From a virus (lineage: Duplodnaviria > Heunggongvirae > Uroviricota > Caudoviricetes): 64,000 bases of DNA. The notes under the pieces are model-generated. The model saw only the letters and a list, made by a program, of their open reading frames with translations, was not told the origin of the DNA and did not search any database. The stretch spans positions 85,621-149,620 of the IMG/VR virus record IMGVR_UViG_3300046692_000144; one strand, given 5' to 3'. Position numbers and translations under genes: made by a program. This document shows positions 9,582 to 17,908 of the stretch, in pieces. The number at the start of each line of letters is the position of its first letter. Position 1 is the stretch's first letter.

Positions 9582-9856
9582 CGGGCGAAGATGGCTTTGC
9601 GAAGCTTGACTGGAAAAACCCAGCCGTAGCAGACGCAGCGCTGCCTCTGTTGGACGTGGACGAGGATGATGACTTCTGGGTTCTCCAGGAGACAGAAGGC
9701 CTGAACACGGCGATGGCGTACACCGTGGGTAAAAACTGTATCGACGCGATGCTTGCAGAAGGTCAGCTTGATTGGCTTTCCGAGCTTCTAGACTACGCAG
9801 AAGATACTCTCGGCTTGGACGCTCTCGCAGCAGAAGCGGGTGCCGAAAAGAGTTAA
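9479..9856 (+). CDS. Acidic C-terminal extension of JAB in the -1 frame (the track's 9650..9856 ORF is its tail)
   Basis: Frame open from 9470 to TAA 9856, with no start codon at SD distance from the GGAGG. Confidence 0.6.
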   Translation, partial: FHRAPADKGAQNSEASEQGNSAENEGSQPPDYYLTGEDGFAKLDWKNPAVADAALPLLDVDEDDDFWVLQETEGLNTAMAYTVGKNCIDAMLAEGQLDWLSELLDYAEDTLGLDALAAEAGAEKS

Positions 9857-9861
9857 AGCTT

Positions 9862-9868
9862 GGTATAA
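9862..9868 (+). promoter_or_regulatory. Early-type promoter motif GGTATAA
   Basis: Upstream of the E1 gene. Confidence 0.7.
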
Positions 9869-9922
9869 CTAAGGTAGTGGAGGATACCCTCCCTACCTTT
9901 TGTCTTTTGGAGAGGCTCAGTA

Positions 9923-11188
9923 ATGTCTACGAATTTTACGTTTCAACTACCATACATTCCACAGACCGTAGTCGTATTCGGTTGCGGTGGTACGGGCAGT
10001 CGATTGGTTCCACCGATTGCTCAACTGATGTCCACCCTCCAAACTCTGGTTGCTCCTGAGCTGGTTCTGGTGGACTTCGACGAAGTAGAGGAGAAGAACC
10101 TCGCTCGTCAAAACTTCGCCAAGTCCGACATCGGCAAGAACAAGGCTACTGCCCTGGCATCTCGTTACTCTAAAGCGTATCCGACTCTGAAGATCACTCC
10201 GATCACAGTAGCTGCGGGTACTCCGGAGTATGGCGAAGCGCTGGGTATGTTCAACCTGCAAGACCGTCTGACGGGTCCAGCAGCGTATATCCTGGCGGTG
10301 GACTCGGCCAAAGCTCGTCGTGAGATCCTTGCAAGGGCTCTGTCTCCACAATCGGGTTCGGGTAACTCCAGTATCGTAATCGACGCTGGTAACGAAGACA
10401 TCTTCGGCCAGGTGAGCTTCTTCACCACGGGCAAGATCGGAAAGAATTCGGCCAAGGACCTGGAATTCATCTACAACTGGTATCAGGGCATTATCCCAGG
10501 TGACATGATCCTGAGCGAATTCCCAATCGACGTAATGGCTTATCTGAACATGCAGGAAGGCCAGTCCACTAAGTCGTGTGCTGATCTCGATCAGACCCTG
10601 GCGATCAACAACCTGATGGCCGCTCAGGTAGTGGCGTACGTTCAGAACTTCTTGATGGGTAAGCCTGTTCGTTCGTGGCGTACCAACTTCGATCTGTTCA
10701 ACGGCGTAAGCTACGACACGATTTCCGTTCCGGAGGTTCTTCGCCGAGCGGTAGAAGCGAAAACCAAAGGTCGTGAGGGTGAGACCTTCTTGAGTAACAT
10801 CCATCAGCGTATGCGTGCAAGCTCGGCTCCGATGGACGTGGTGTTCACTGACCTGAGCTCGTCTCTGGAAGATGAAATGCTTTCGGAAACTCCAACTCGC
10901 TACGAGACTGCGAAGATGATTCGTACCTCGTTGAACATGGGTCAGTTTGAACCGAGCTTGTTGTTCGAGGCGGACTTCCCTGACTACTACACCGACGCTT
11001 TCAAAGCTCTGTGGCGTAAAGGGTTCGAGCTTCCAGAAACTTCGGAAGACGAACGCAATACCTACCAGGTTGCTCTGAAGATCATGGAGGAGATGCAAGC
11101 AGAGGTAGCCGCAGCGGCTGCCGCAACTCAAGTCCCTACCATGGCAACTACCGAAGCTGAAGAAGAGGAAGAAGCCGACGAAGATTGA
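9923..11188 (+). CDS. ThiF/E1-like activating enzyme (PRTRC ThiF-like)
   Basis: GCGGTGS loop, D..VEEKNLARQ, IDAGN, KSCAD candidate catalytic Cys. Confidence 0.9.
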   Translation: MSTNFTFQLPYIPQTVVVFGCGGTGSRLVPPIAQLMSTLQTLVAPELVLVDFDEVEEKNLARQNFAKSDIGKNKATALASRYSKAYPTLKITPITVAAGTPEYGEALGMFNLQDRLTGPAAYILAVDSAKARREILARALSPQSGSGNSSIVIDAGNEDIFGQVSFFTTGKIGKNSAKDLEFIYNWYQGIIPGDMILSEFPIDVMAYLNMQEGQSTKSCADLDQTLAINNLMAAQVVAYVQNFLMGKPVRSWRTNFDLFNGVSYDTISVPEVLRRAVEAKTKGREGETFLSNIHQRMRASSAPMDVVFTDLSSSLEDEMLSETPTRYETAKMIRTSLNMGQFEPSLLFEADFPDYYTDAFKALWRKGFELPETSEDERNTYQVALKIMEEMQAEVAAAAAATQVPTMATTEAEEEEEADED

Positions 11189-11204
11189 TTTCGTCGAGTC
11201 AAGG

Positions 11205-11235
11205 AAAAGCCAGGATCACTCCTGGCTTTTTTTAG
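11205..11235 (+). terminator. Bidirectional intrinsic terminator
   Basis: AAAAGCCAGGA-TCAC-TCCTGGCTTTT between convergent genes. Confidence 0.85.
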
Positions 11236-11246
11236 TCTCTCTACGG

Positions 11247-11645
11247 TTAGATAGAGATACGGGAGTACGCAAGTTCAAGAGTGTCGTCAGCCGTATAGAT
11301 CCCAAGGACAGAACCATCTTGACGATACATGGTCATGACCTTTGTAGACTTGTCCCACTCCCATGCACCAAGGGCTTGGTCCTCTAGATTACGGAGGATA
11401 GATAACTGACTACGACCTACGACTTCAAACGATTCAATCTTCTGACCATCAACGATAAGGTCGAAGACTCCGGTCTCAACTGGAGTGAAAGAAGCAGAGT
11501 ACCAATCAGTACCCACGATAGAAGTGCAGGTCACCGCAGTTGCATCCAAGGCCCCGTCTTTAAAAACAAACGACGTTACTGGGGCAGAACTTGAGTAAAG
11601 AGAGGCCCTAGCAGCAGAGCCTAGCTGTAGTTGCATCATGTCCAA
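11247..11645 (-). CDS. Hypothetical (probable virion) protein
   Basis: 132 aa, beta-rich, end of a late operon. Confidence 0.65.
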   Translation of the reverse strand: MDMMQLQLGSAARASLYSSSAPVTSFVFKDGALDATAVTCTSIVGTDWYSASFTPVETGVFDLIVDGQKIESFEVVGRSQLSILRNLEDQALGAWEWDKSTKVMTMYRQDGSVLGIYTADDTLELAYSRISI

Positions 11646-12163
11646 GACTCCATATGTTCGATGTACTTAGCCACTGCTTCGGCCTTGGCGGTACGGTCTT
11701 CGATTTCTTGTCCTTGTACAAGGCGATCCGGGAAGCAGACTTCTTGCAGGGCAATAGGTGCCTCCGAGTAACCTTCTTCATTCAGAAGCTTAGTTACCCC
11801 GATGCGGACTTCATCGTCGAATTCACCGTCTACAACGTTGTGAATCTCTACCGCAGCCCAAGCGATTTGTAGACTGTTTGGAAGAGGGAAGGTCTCAAAG
11901 TCAGCAGGGATGTTGTTAAAGACATCTGTAGCATGCAGGAAGAACAGAAGGTCCTGATAGAACATTTCAGGCTCCAGGACAAGAATACGAAGAACGTTGA
12001 TCTTGTCTAGGAGCAAAGGGCTCAAGGCCAATTCCATGTCGAGACTGATCGTCTCTGGTTCCAGGTCTACCCATTCCTCACCGTACTTAGAAGTGAGGAT
12101 TTTCAGTAGTGTCGGGAGGCGCACATTATCTGTGCCCTCCGAAGGTGATTTCAAATCGATCAA
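11636..12163 (-). CDS. Hypothetical protein
   Basis: 175 aa ORF coupled to its neighbours. Confidence 0.7.
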   Translation of the reverse strand: MIDLKSPSEGTDNVRLPTLLKILTSKYGEEWVDLEPETISLDMELALSPLLLDKINVLRILVLEPEMFYQDLLFFLHATDVFNNIPADFETFPLPNSLQIAWAAVEIHNVVDGEFDDEVRIGVTKLLNEEGYSEAPIALQEVCFPDRLVQGQEIEDRTAKAEAVAKYIEHMESWT

Positions 12164-13020
12164 ACGAATCTCCCCAAGGCATTCTTCTCGTCAAGAGGCA
12201 GGGATTCCAGAACAGCCTTGTCATTACCGTAATCACCGGTCAGAGCGTCGGCTACGTCTTTACCCAGGATATCTCCAATATGGGCCGAACCCAGACGGGC
12301 GATCTTTTCAAATGGGACAGTCTTGCTGCCAAGGTTGATGTTGTATGAGGCTTCCTTTACGAATGCTTCTTTGTAGAAGTCCCCGTTATAGAAGTGTTCC
12401 TGATCTAGACTTACTACGGCCTTAGCTACGCTTGCACGTTTCTCTTGACCGCCCAGGTTAAGGCTTTCAACACCGAACTCGGTAACCACGGTAAGGATGT
12501 CGTTGTAGCGAGTATCACCTGTCTCGTAGGCACGCTTCTGCAATGCATTAGACACTTCGGATTCACCGAAAGGAAGACCGGCAGAGTACAGGCTGGTTTC
12601 GTAACCGAATGCTTGGCCATTGAATCGTGCAGTGATGTCTTCGGCGTAGCTAGCAACCTTGATCAGATCCTGGTGGAAGCCCAGGCTGCCACGAAGCACT
12701 TCTTCTTGTAGCTGCAAGCTCTCCTGAGCGTTGTAGAGCGACGCTTGCTTCTCGGCCATACCGAAGGCCTCGATACGAGATGCAAGCTTCTCAAGCTCAT
12801 CAGAGAGGCCGTAGGCCAAGACAGCACGGGAGACACGTTCTTGAGTTGCGTAGTCAACGGACTCACCAGCAACTTTGGTCAGGTAGGAGATTTGCAGACC
12901 GGACGCCAGAGCGGAGTCACGACTGTCTACTGGGAACTCTTCTGACAGGGAGGCTTCTTTTACCATCCCGACAGCTTCAGGGACGATTTGCAGAATGTTG
13001 TTTAGATCGTAGGCAAGCAT
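12160..13020 (-). CDS. Probable head protein rich in K-x-A motifs
   Basis: KEAS, EKLAS, EKQAS, EKRAS, VKEAS, EKIA. Confidence 0.65.
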   Translation of the reverse strand: MLAYDLNNILQIVPEAVGMVKEASLSEEFPVDSRDSALASGLQISYLTKVAGESVDYATQERVSRAVLAYGLSDELEKLASRIEAFGMAEKQASLYNAQESLQLQEEVLRGSLGFHQDLIKVASYAEDITARFNGQAFGYETSLYSAGLPFGESEVSNALQKRAYETGDTRYNDILTVVTEFGVESLNLGGQEKRASVAKAVVSLDQEHFYNGDFYKEAFVKEASYNINLGSKTVPFEKIARLGSAHIGDILGKDVADALTGDYGNDKAVLESLPLDEKNALGRFV

Positions 13021-13022
13021 TG

Positions 13023-13538
13023 TTAGCTCCGGGTAATTACGTTGAGTGCATCTTCTTGGGTATTAGAACCCGGTTGGTCTTTTAGCATGCTCTTGACCAT
13101 ATTCATATTCTTACGGGCGTTCATAGCAGTATAGAACTTTGGAACTGCAATACCTGCACCGGCTGCTCGTACGGCAAGATCTGTTATACCTTTGCTTTTG
13201 AATACGGGTGCAGGCTCATTGAATGGTTCTCCTGCCCCGAGAGCTTCATACTTGGAGACTGAATGGTGGTACGCATTCATTGTTCCTTTTACGGTATCCA
13301 AGATAGGGTCTGCCAATATTAACGCAGTACCTGCAACTCCTAACCCAATATCCTTCCAGAACCGACTATCGGTTTTAGCACCTGCACGGATAGTATGCCC
13401 GTGATCCGTTAGGAGTTCGACCTTCTCGGAAAGTGGCAACGCCTTAAATCTAGGATCGGTAATAACACGATCCAAGCTTAGACCAGAAGCTTGATAATTA
13501 CTAATAAGCTTAAGGAACATGTCTTCATGTAGGGTCAT
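13023..13538 (-). CDS. Hypothetical late protein with hydrophobic Gly/Ala segments
   Basis: 171 aa; IGLGVAGTALILA segment. Confidence 0.65.
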   Translation of the reverse strand: MTLHEDMFLKLISNYQASGLSLDRVITDPRFKALPLSEKVELLTDHGHTIRAGAKTDSRFWKDIGLGVAGTALILADPILDTVKGTMNAYHHSVSKYEALGAGEPFNEPAPVFKSKGITDLAVRAAGAGIAVPKFYTAMNARKNMNMVKSMLKDQPGSNTQEDALNVITRS

Positions 13539-14482
13539 ACAGTATCCAGTTCACCGTCAGCATCTCCGTTGTAGACAGGCTGACGTAGTTTTGTACCAGT
13601 AGGCGTCATCGCCTCAACCTGGATCAGCTTGTTTAACCAAGCGTTAGGGTGTTTGAAAATGTCTTCTCTGGTTCTACGGTCAAACCCCGTACCTACTTTG
13701 CCAACCTCACGTCCGGTAGCATCTTCCAACAGGAGAGCACCCGCACTAGGCTTAGGCTTACCGGAGATATCCTTCTCTTGAAGAATGGCTTTGACCTTTA
13801 GATTATAGTGGTTCTTATGCTTAAGTTTAACCCTCGGGTTCTTTGCCTCTGGAGCAGTAGGATCAAGGGTTATGACGCCTTCACGGCCTTCTTTTTTAGA
13901 TTTCTCAATGAGAGCGTTCATCCCCTCCACACCATGAGCATACTCAGGATGGAACATGAGATTGGTATCTCCGAAATCAGAGATCAATCCTTGTATGTGA
14001 GGAAGCTTATCGTTGAAGGTACTTACTCTAGGTTCGATCATGTCGAACACTACTGCTCGGATAGGACCGTCTTGAGACTGTTCCCTAATAGAACGCTCAG
14101 GAAGAGAGTTAAGTAGGCCAGATACTCGGGCATGTGACTCAAGGGCATAAGGATCGTGACCTGTATGAATAAGCTCTACGTTGTAAACCTTTCCTGCCTG
14201 AGACGGCAAAGTCTTGGCCAAGTGAGGAACTCGGTCAGCCTTCTCTATAACTGCACCTGTCACGGAAGGCCTACGGGAAACAAACGTAGGAATTCCGTAA
14301 TGGTCATAGCATAGAAAATACGAAGCGCCATCATATTTCAATGACGATAGCTTTGGTTTGTCATCACTACCTTTCTTGAAAGTGTCGTTGTATTTAGCAC
14401 GGGAATGCATAGAAGCAGATTTCTCCAGGTACGGGTTTGGATGTGGTGAGTTCATTGTAGTACCTGGAGAAGTATTGGTCAT
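13535..14482 (-). CDS. lig: Minimal ATP-dependent DNA ligase with N-terminal NPYLEKSAS tag
   Basis: KYDG motif I, YNVEL, VVFDMI, EGVI, RVKLK, OB-fold GKVGTGF. Confidence 0.9.
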   Translation of the reverse strand: MTNTSPGTTMNSPHPNPYLEKSASMHSRAKYNDTFKKGSDDKPKLSSLKYDGASYFLCYDHYGIPTFVSRRPSVTGAVIEKADRVPHLAKTLPSQAGKVYNVELIHTGHDPYALESHARVSGLLNSLPERSIREQSQDGPIRAVVFDMIEPRVSTFNDKLPHIQGLISDFGDTNLMFHPEYAHGVEGMNALIEKSKKEGREGVITLDPTAPEAKNPRVKLKHKNHYNLKVKAILQEKDISGKPKPSAGALLLEDATGREVGKVGTGFDRRTREDIFKHPNAWLNKLIQVEAMTPTGTKLRQPVYNGDADGELDTV

Positions 14483-15024
14483 TTAGAAAGAGAAGCTGCT
14501 TTCTGCAAATATTGGTTATGAACGCCTTCTAGGTATTCATCCGCCTTCTCTTCGCCACGGCCAAGAGCATGCTTAGTAGCAGAGTAAGCACCAAGACCCA
14601 TACCTGTGATACCTGCACCCATGATTACCAACGGATGCTTGGTCAGCAGCCTTGCCGAAGCCACCCCACCTACTCCACCCAAAAGCATTGCCCCTGCACC
14701 TTTCCAGGAAGCACCGTTATGAGCAAGACCGTCTGCCTTTCTGACCACGTCACTGCCGTAGTCTCGTTCAATGGTAGCGTTGATGTGACGGGTCTTCATT
14801 CGATCACGGACTAGACCATTCAGATCGGGTGTTACAACGTCACCGTTCTCATCTACGTAAGTCTCATCACGGAAGTCAGCGATAGCCTTCTGAGTTATAC
14901 GGCCTGGAATATGTCCTGCCCAATCACGGTGGTAGATCTCGTCAGCTTCTCGGTTGAGATTCTTACGGTAGTCTTTGAGATCTTGGTAGTGGCCTGCGAG
15001 TTTCTCTAGGTAGACGTTGGTCAT
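14479..15024 (-). CDS. NxYLEK-tagged probable internal head protein
   Basis: Starts MTNVYLEKLAG, ends NQYLQKAAS; glycine-zipper-like helices. Confidence 0.7.
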   Translation of the reverse strand: MTNVYLEKLAGHYQDLKDYRKNLNREADEIYHRDWAGHIPGRITQKAIADFRDETYVDENGDVVTPDLNGLVRDRMKTRHINATIERDYGSDVVRKADGLAHNGASWKGAGAMLLGGVGGVASARLLTKHPLVIMGAGITGMGLGAYSATKHALGRGEEKADEYLEGVHNQYLQKAASLSK

Positions 15025-15774
15025 TTACTTGTTCGCCTTTTCAATAGCTTTATTCTTTACATGCTTCGCCCAAGAAGCTGCGCCTACACCAGTTGCAGTA
15101 GCAGCTAAGTACGTACCGTATGCAGGGGCCATTTTCTTTAGGAACTTCTTAGCCACGCTGGCACCACGAGTCTTCAGGAGGTGTTTTGCAGGACTGAGAG
15201 ATGCTTGAGCCTCTTCCACTAGCATTGGTAGTGCAGAAGCAGCGACTGCGTACGGGGCTGCCTTTCGAACTTTCTCGTTATCGGAAGTAGCAGCATAACC
15301 GCCAGCCAATGCTCCTAGACCAAGAGCCGATCTTTGAGAAAGGGAGTGCATTATGAATTTACCCCTGACGCCTTTTCCACCGATGGCCTTCCGATACTTG
15401 TTGAAGCTGTGAGCGTGGCCATACTCATGCATTGCAAGGTCAGCACCTTTAGCATTTACGGTTGGACGCTTTACCCCCCTGAATCCAGGAGGGAGGTAGT
15501 GAGCAGCAAGCTCATGGTCGAACATCCCATTACCGCCCCTAATGACATGTCGTAGGTTTTTACTTTTCCGATAGGAGTTTACGTCTGACTCCGTAACTGC
15601 GGAGTTCCCTGCCAGGCCTTTGTGTGCGGCTCGTACCAGTCCATGGTTTATCGGGGTGGATAGGGCTATGGCCCCCGCAGTCGTCCCAACGACCGTACCG
15701 GTACGGGTCCACCCGTGTATGTGGTCCCTCTTTTTTTCAGTTGAAGCGATTTTCTCCAAGTAGATATTCATCAC
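15025..15774 (-). CDS. NxYLEK-tagged probable internal head protein, possible zincin-like metallopeptidase
   Basis: Starts MMNIYLEKIAS; contains HEYGH and a downstream EE.QAS. Confidence 0.6.
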   Translation of the reverse strand: MMNIYLEKIASTEKKRDHIHGWTRTGTVVGTTAGAIALSTPINHGLVRAAHKGLAGNSAVTESDVNSYRKSKNLRHVIRGGNGMFDHELAAHYLPPGFRGVKRPTVNAKGADLAMHEYGHAHSFNKYRKAIGGKGVRGKFIMHSLSQRSALGLGALAGGYAATSDNEKVRKAAPYAVAASALPMLVEEAQASLSPAKHLLKTRGASVAKKFLKKMAPAYGTYLAATATGVGAASWAKHVKNKAIEKANK

Positions 15775-16622
15775 TTCTTATCCGAAAGTACGCCTACGAT
15801 AAATTCTCGTGCTCCGTCACCAGGTTCACGTTTCTTAGCGACCTTCTCCAAGAAGACGTTAGACTCGCTCGCCTTTTTATCATGCCCCTTATACGCTCGG
15901 TAGGCCGCATGTCCTATCATGGCCACACCTGTACCGATAGCTACCTTGCGAGTTACCTTGGCCGCAATATTTGCACGATCTACCATCTTCGAGTTCGTAG
16001 TGGCCCCGGTCACAAGCTCAGACATGTATCCTTTTGAAAATGGCTTTCCAGCAGCTTTTGCCTTAGCCATATAGTTTTCACGATGCAGTTCAATAGCAGG
16101 CTTCATCTTCTCCGCTACCTTCTTACCAAGGTACTTCGAGCTTGCAGCAAGGCCGAGGCCAGCATAGCCTTCCATCGCTACGGACGCATCGTTGTTCTTA
16201 GCAGCAGCGGCCTTTTCAAGGTAGGGGTTCTTGTCGTCCAACGCTTTCTTCCTGAGAAATAGCCAAGCCTTCTCACCGTAATGTTCAGGGGCTTTTTTGA
16301 TTAAGAAACGATCACCGTTGTTTAGCTCAAGATGATAGTCATTGTTGATTGTCTGGGAACTACCTTTCTGAGCGTAGTCTATTACTTGGGTACCTGCCCC
16401 GTACTGACCGTCAGGGATAACGATGCTTGGAGTAGTGGCGTAATGGGCCGTATGGACTGGCTGCTCCCATAGGATCGTAGGTTTACCTACTTCCGGGAAC
16501 TCCTTTTTAGACGCCCACGAAAAAGCTTTGTCATCAATTACGATTCTATAGTCGTAATGTAATCCCGCTCGTTTAGCGTCGTGCTTCTGTCTAACGAAAA
16601 GTACTGGGGTCGGATTCTTCAT
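15771..16622 (-). CDS. LigD-type 3'-phosphoesterase domain fused to a tagged basic C-terminal segment
   Basis: QKHDAKRAGLHYDYRI..SWA, PVHTAHY, IPDGQYGAG; internal NPYLEKAAA and NVFLEKVAK. Confidence 0.85.
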   Translation of the reverse strand: MKNPTPVLFVRQKHDAKRAGLHYDYRIVIDDKAFSWASKKEFPEVGKPTILWEQPVHTAHYATTPSIVIPDGQYGAGTQVIDYAQKGSSQTINNDYHLELNNGDRFLIKKAPEHYGEKAWLFLRKKALDDKNPYLEKAAAAKNNDASVAMEGYAGLGLAASSKYLGKKVAEKMKPAIELHRENYMAKAKAAGKPFSKGYMSELVTGATTNSKMVDRANIAAKVTRKVAIGTGVAMIGHAAYRAYKGHDKKASESNVFLEKVAKKREPGDGAREFIVGVLSDKK

Positions 16623-16628
16623 TTTTCT

Positions 16629-16634
16629 ATTTTA
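16629..16634 (-). promoter_or_regulatory. Late promoter-like hexamer TAAAAT
   Basis: Exactly 6 nt before ATG 16622. Confidence 0.6.
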
Positions 16635-16654
16635 ACGGCGACCCTACCTTGATT

Positions 16655-16661
16655 GGTATAA
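16655..16661 (+). promoter_or_regulatory. Early-type promoter motif GGTATAA
   Basis: Back-to-back with the late motif at 16629. Confidence 0.7.
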
Positions 16662-16680
16662 GAGATATGGATAACAACAC

Positions 16681-17067
16681 ATGGGGAGATTTCGCATGCA
16701 ATCCAAAAGATACATATCTGATCTTGCAAGACTTACGTACATAGGTAAGGAAAAACTCTTAAGTCTATTTCGAGTGAAGCCTACAAAACCTGTGGATATC
16801 ATAAAGGCGGAACTGGAAGCAATGGTTACCCGTCTTGCTCAGGATCATAAGACCTCAGAAGAGGCTATCAAAAATCTCATGACGGAGGCCTCGGAGTTAC
16901 TAGAGGAGCTCAGAGTTCGTGAGGAAGAAGAGATGAAACAGTGGAGGGCCAATGCAAGTGAGTGGCTGCTTAAGGCAGGAGTCGATTCAAAATGTGTTGA
17001 GGAGTTCCTCAAAAATCCTACATTGGCAAACCTCGAAGAGTTACGTAAAAAATACCCTTGCTCTTAA
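16681..17067 (+). CDS. Hypothetical coiled-coil protein
   Basis: 128 aa between promoter motif and terminator. Confidence 0.7.
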   Translation: MGRFRMQSKRYISDLARLTYIGKEKLLSLFRVKPTKPVDIIKAELEAMVTRLAQDHKTSEEAIKNLMTEASELLEELRVREEEEMKQWRANASEWLLKAGVDSKCVEEFLKNPTLANLEELRKKYPCS

Positions 17068-17080
17068 AAGTAAGGGACTG

Positions 17081-17107
17081 GAGGCCCGTAACTGGGCTTC
17101 TTTTAGC
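17081..17107 (+). terminator. Intrinsic terminator
   Basis: GAGGCCC-GTAACT-GGGCTTC plus TTTTAGC. Confidence 0.75.
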
Positions 17108-17130
17108 CTGTCAATAAAACAAACCGTTTT

Positions 17131-17137
17131 GGTATAA
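17131..17137 (+). promoter_or_regulatory. Early-type promoter motif GGTATAA heading the RT operon
   Basis: GGTATAACTAAAGTGTAG. Confidence 0.7.
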
Positions 17138-17152
17138 CTAAAGTGTAGCACC

Positions 17153-17389
17153 TTGTTTTACGATGAGAAGCCCACTCAAGGAAATTGTAAACCAAACCCA
17201 ACCCTCAAAGAAAAACTAAATACGGTAAACATGACTATGAACGCAGGCACTTTTGATTTTTCCGCAATGTCCTCTGAACAACTGCTCGCCCTTGTCAAAC
17301 ATCTGGCCTTGGAAGTATGGGCTAGATCTAGCGGGGTGAGAAAGGTAGTTGTACATGTTGTGAAACGAATCAAAGGCTGGTTTATCTAA
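17153..17389 (+). CDS. Small hypothetical protein (start uncertain; may be ATG 17231)
   Basis: First ORF of the RT operon. Confidence 0.5.
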   Translation: MFYDEKPTQGNCKPNPTLKEKLNTVNMTMNAGTFDFSAMSSEQLLALVKHLALEVWARSSGVRKVVVHVVKRIKGWFI

Positions 17390-17410
17390 CCGAGCTTAGG
17401 AGGCTCTCTA

Positions 17411-17908
17411 ATGGCGATTCGCCCTAGCACCACCGCTTCACCTCGGGATACGTTGAAATGTCTTCGACCTCACAAGGGTCTTATGTGTTTTAACTCCGAG
17501 GCAGGCCACTACGAGAAATACGCAGTGGTCACGGGAACCCCTAACAACGCGGGGTTCGTTCCTCTTGAAAAGCATGTAGGAGTAGTGCGCCTTGGCGTTA
17601 TCTACTTGAAGAATATCGGATCTGTTCGGAGTGGTTTCTATGCTGTCTTCCCTCGTGACATCTACCGTCGAAGAATCGACGCAAGACCCGTTCGACGACT
17701 CTCAATTGAGGAAGCAACTCTCCTCCTTGGAGGGAACCTTGATCACCTTGGATTGCCAGAAGCAACCCTTGGAGAACTCGATGCCTCAATCGAACCGCGA
17801 ACTATCGAAACTTCTCAGAGTGCAGAGCTCAGCGACGCTGACGTATGCTTCGAAGAACAAATCCGATCACTACAAGCTTCTGAAGATTCCGAAGAAGGGT
17901 GGTTATAG
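17411..17908 (+). CDS. Hypothetical RT-associated protein overlapping the RT gene
   Basis: AGGAGG SD; 165 aa with beta-rich core and acidic tail; 3' end overlaps the RT start. Confidence 0.65.
   Translation: MAIRPSTTASPRDTLKCLRPHKGLMCFNSEAGHYEKYAVVTGTPNNAGFVPLEKHVGVVRLGVIYLKNIGSVRSGFYAVFPRDIYRRRIDARPVRRLSIEEATLLLGGNLDHLGLPEATLGELDASIEPRTIETSQSAELSDADVCFEEQIRSLQASEDSEEGWL

Noticed and set aside
9650-9856. Independent 68 aa gene with a TTG start
   Set aside because: No SD at that start, and the frame is open from 9470; better explained as the frameshift extension of JAB.
9947-11131. 394 aa minus-strand ORF
   Set aside because: Shadow of the E1 gene, which carries all the conserved motifs.
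13535-16622. Complete Ku-LigD NHEJ operon
   Set aside because: No Ku or polymerase domain is visible in the window; only the ligase and PE domain are supported.
17140-17780. Regular repeat array upstream of the RT
   Set aside because: I found only scattered CCTTGG hexamers and two short imperfect duplications, without a constant period; a dot-plot could still reveal weak repeats.
17631-17780. Track start of the RT at 17631 (370 aa)
   Set aside because: No SD there; ATG 17781 has GGAG at normal spacing and gives a typical 320 aa retron-type RT. A longer form is not excluded.
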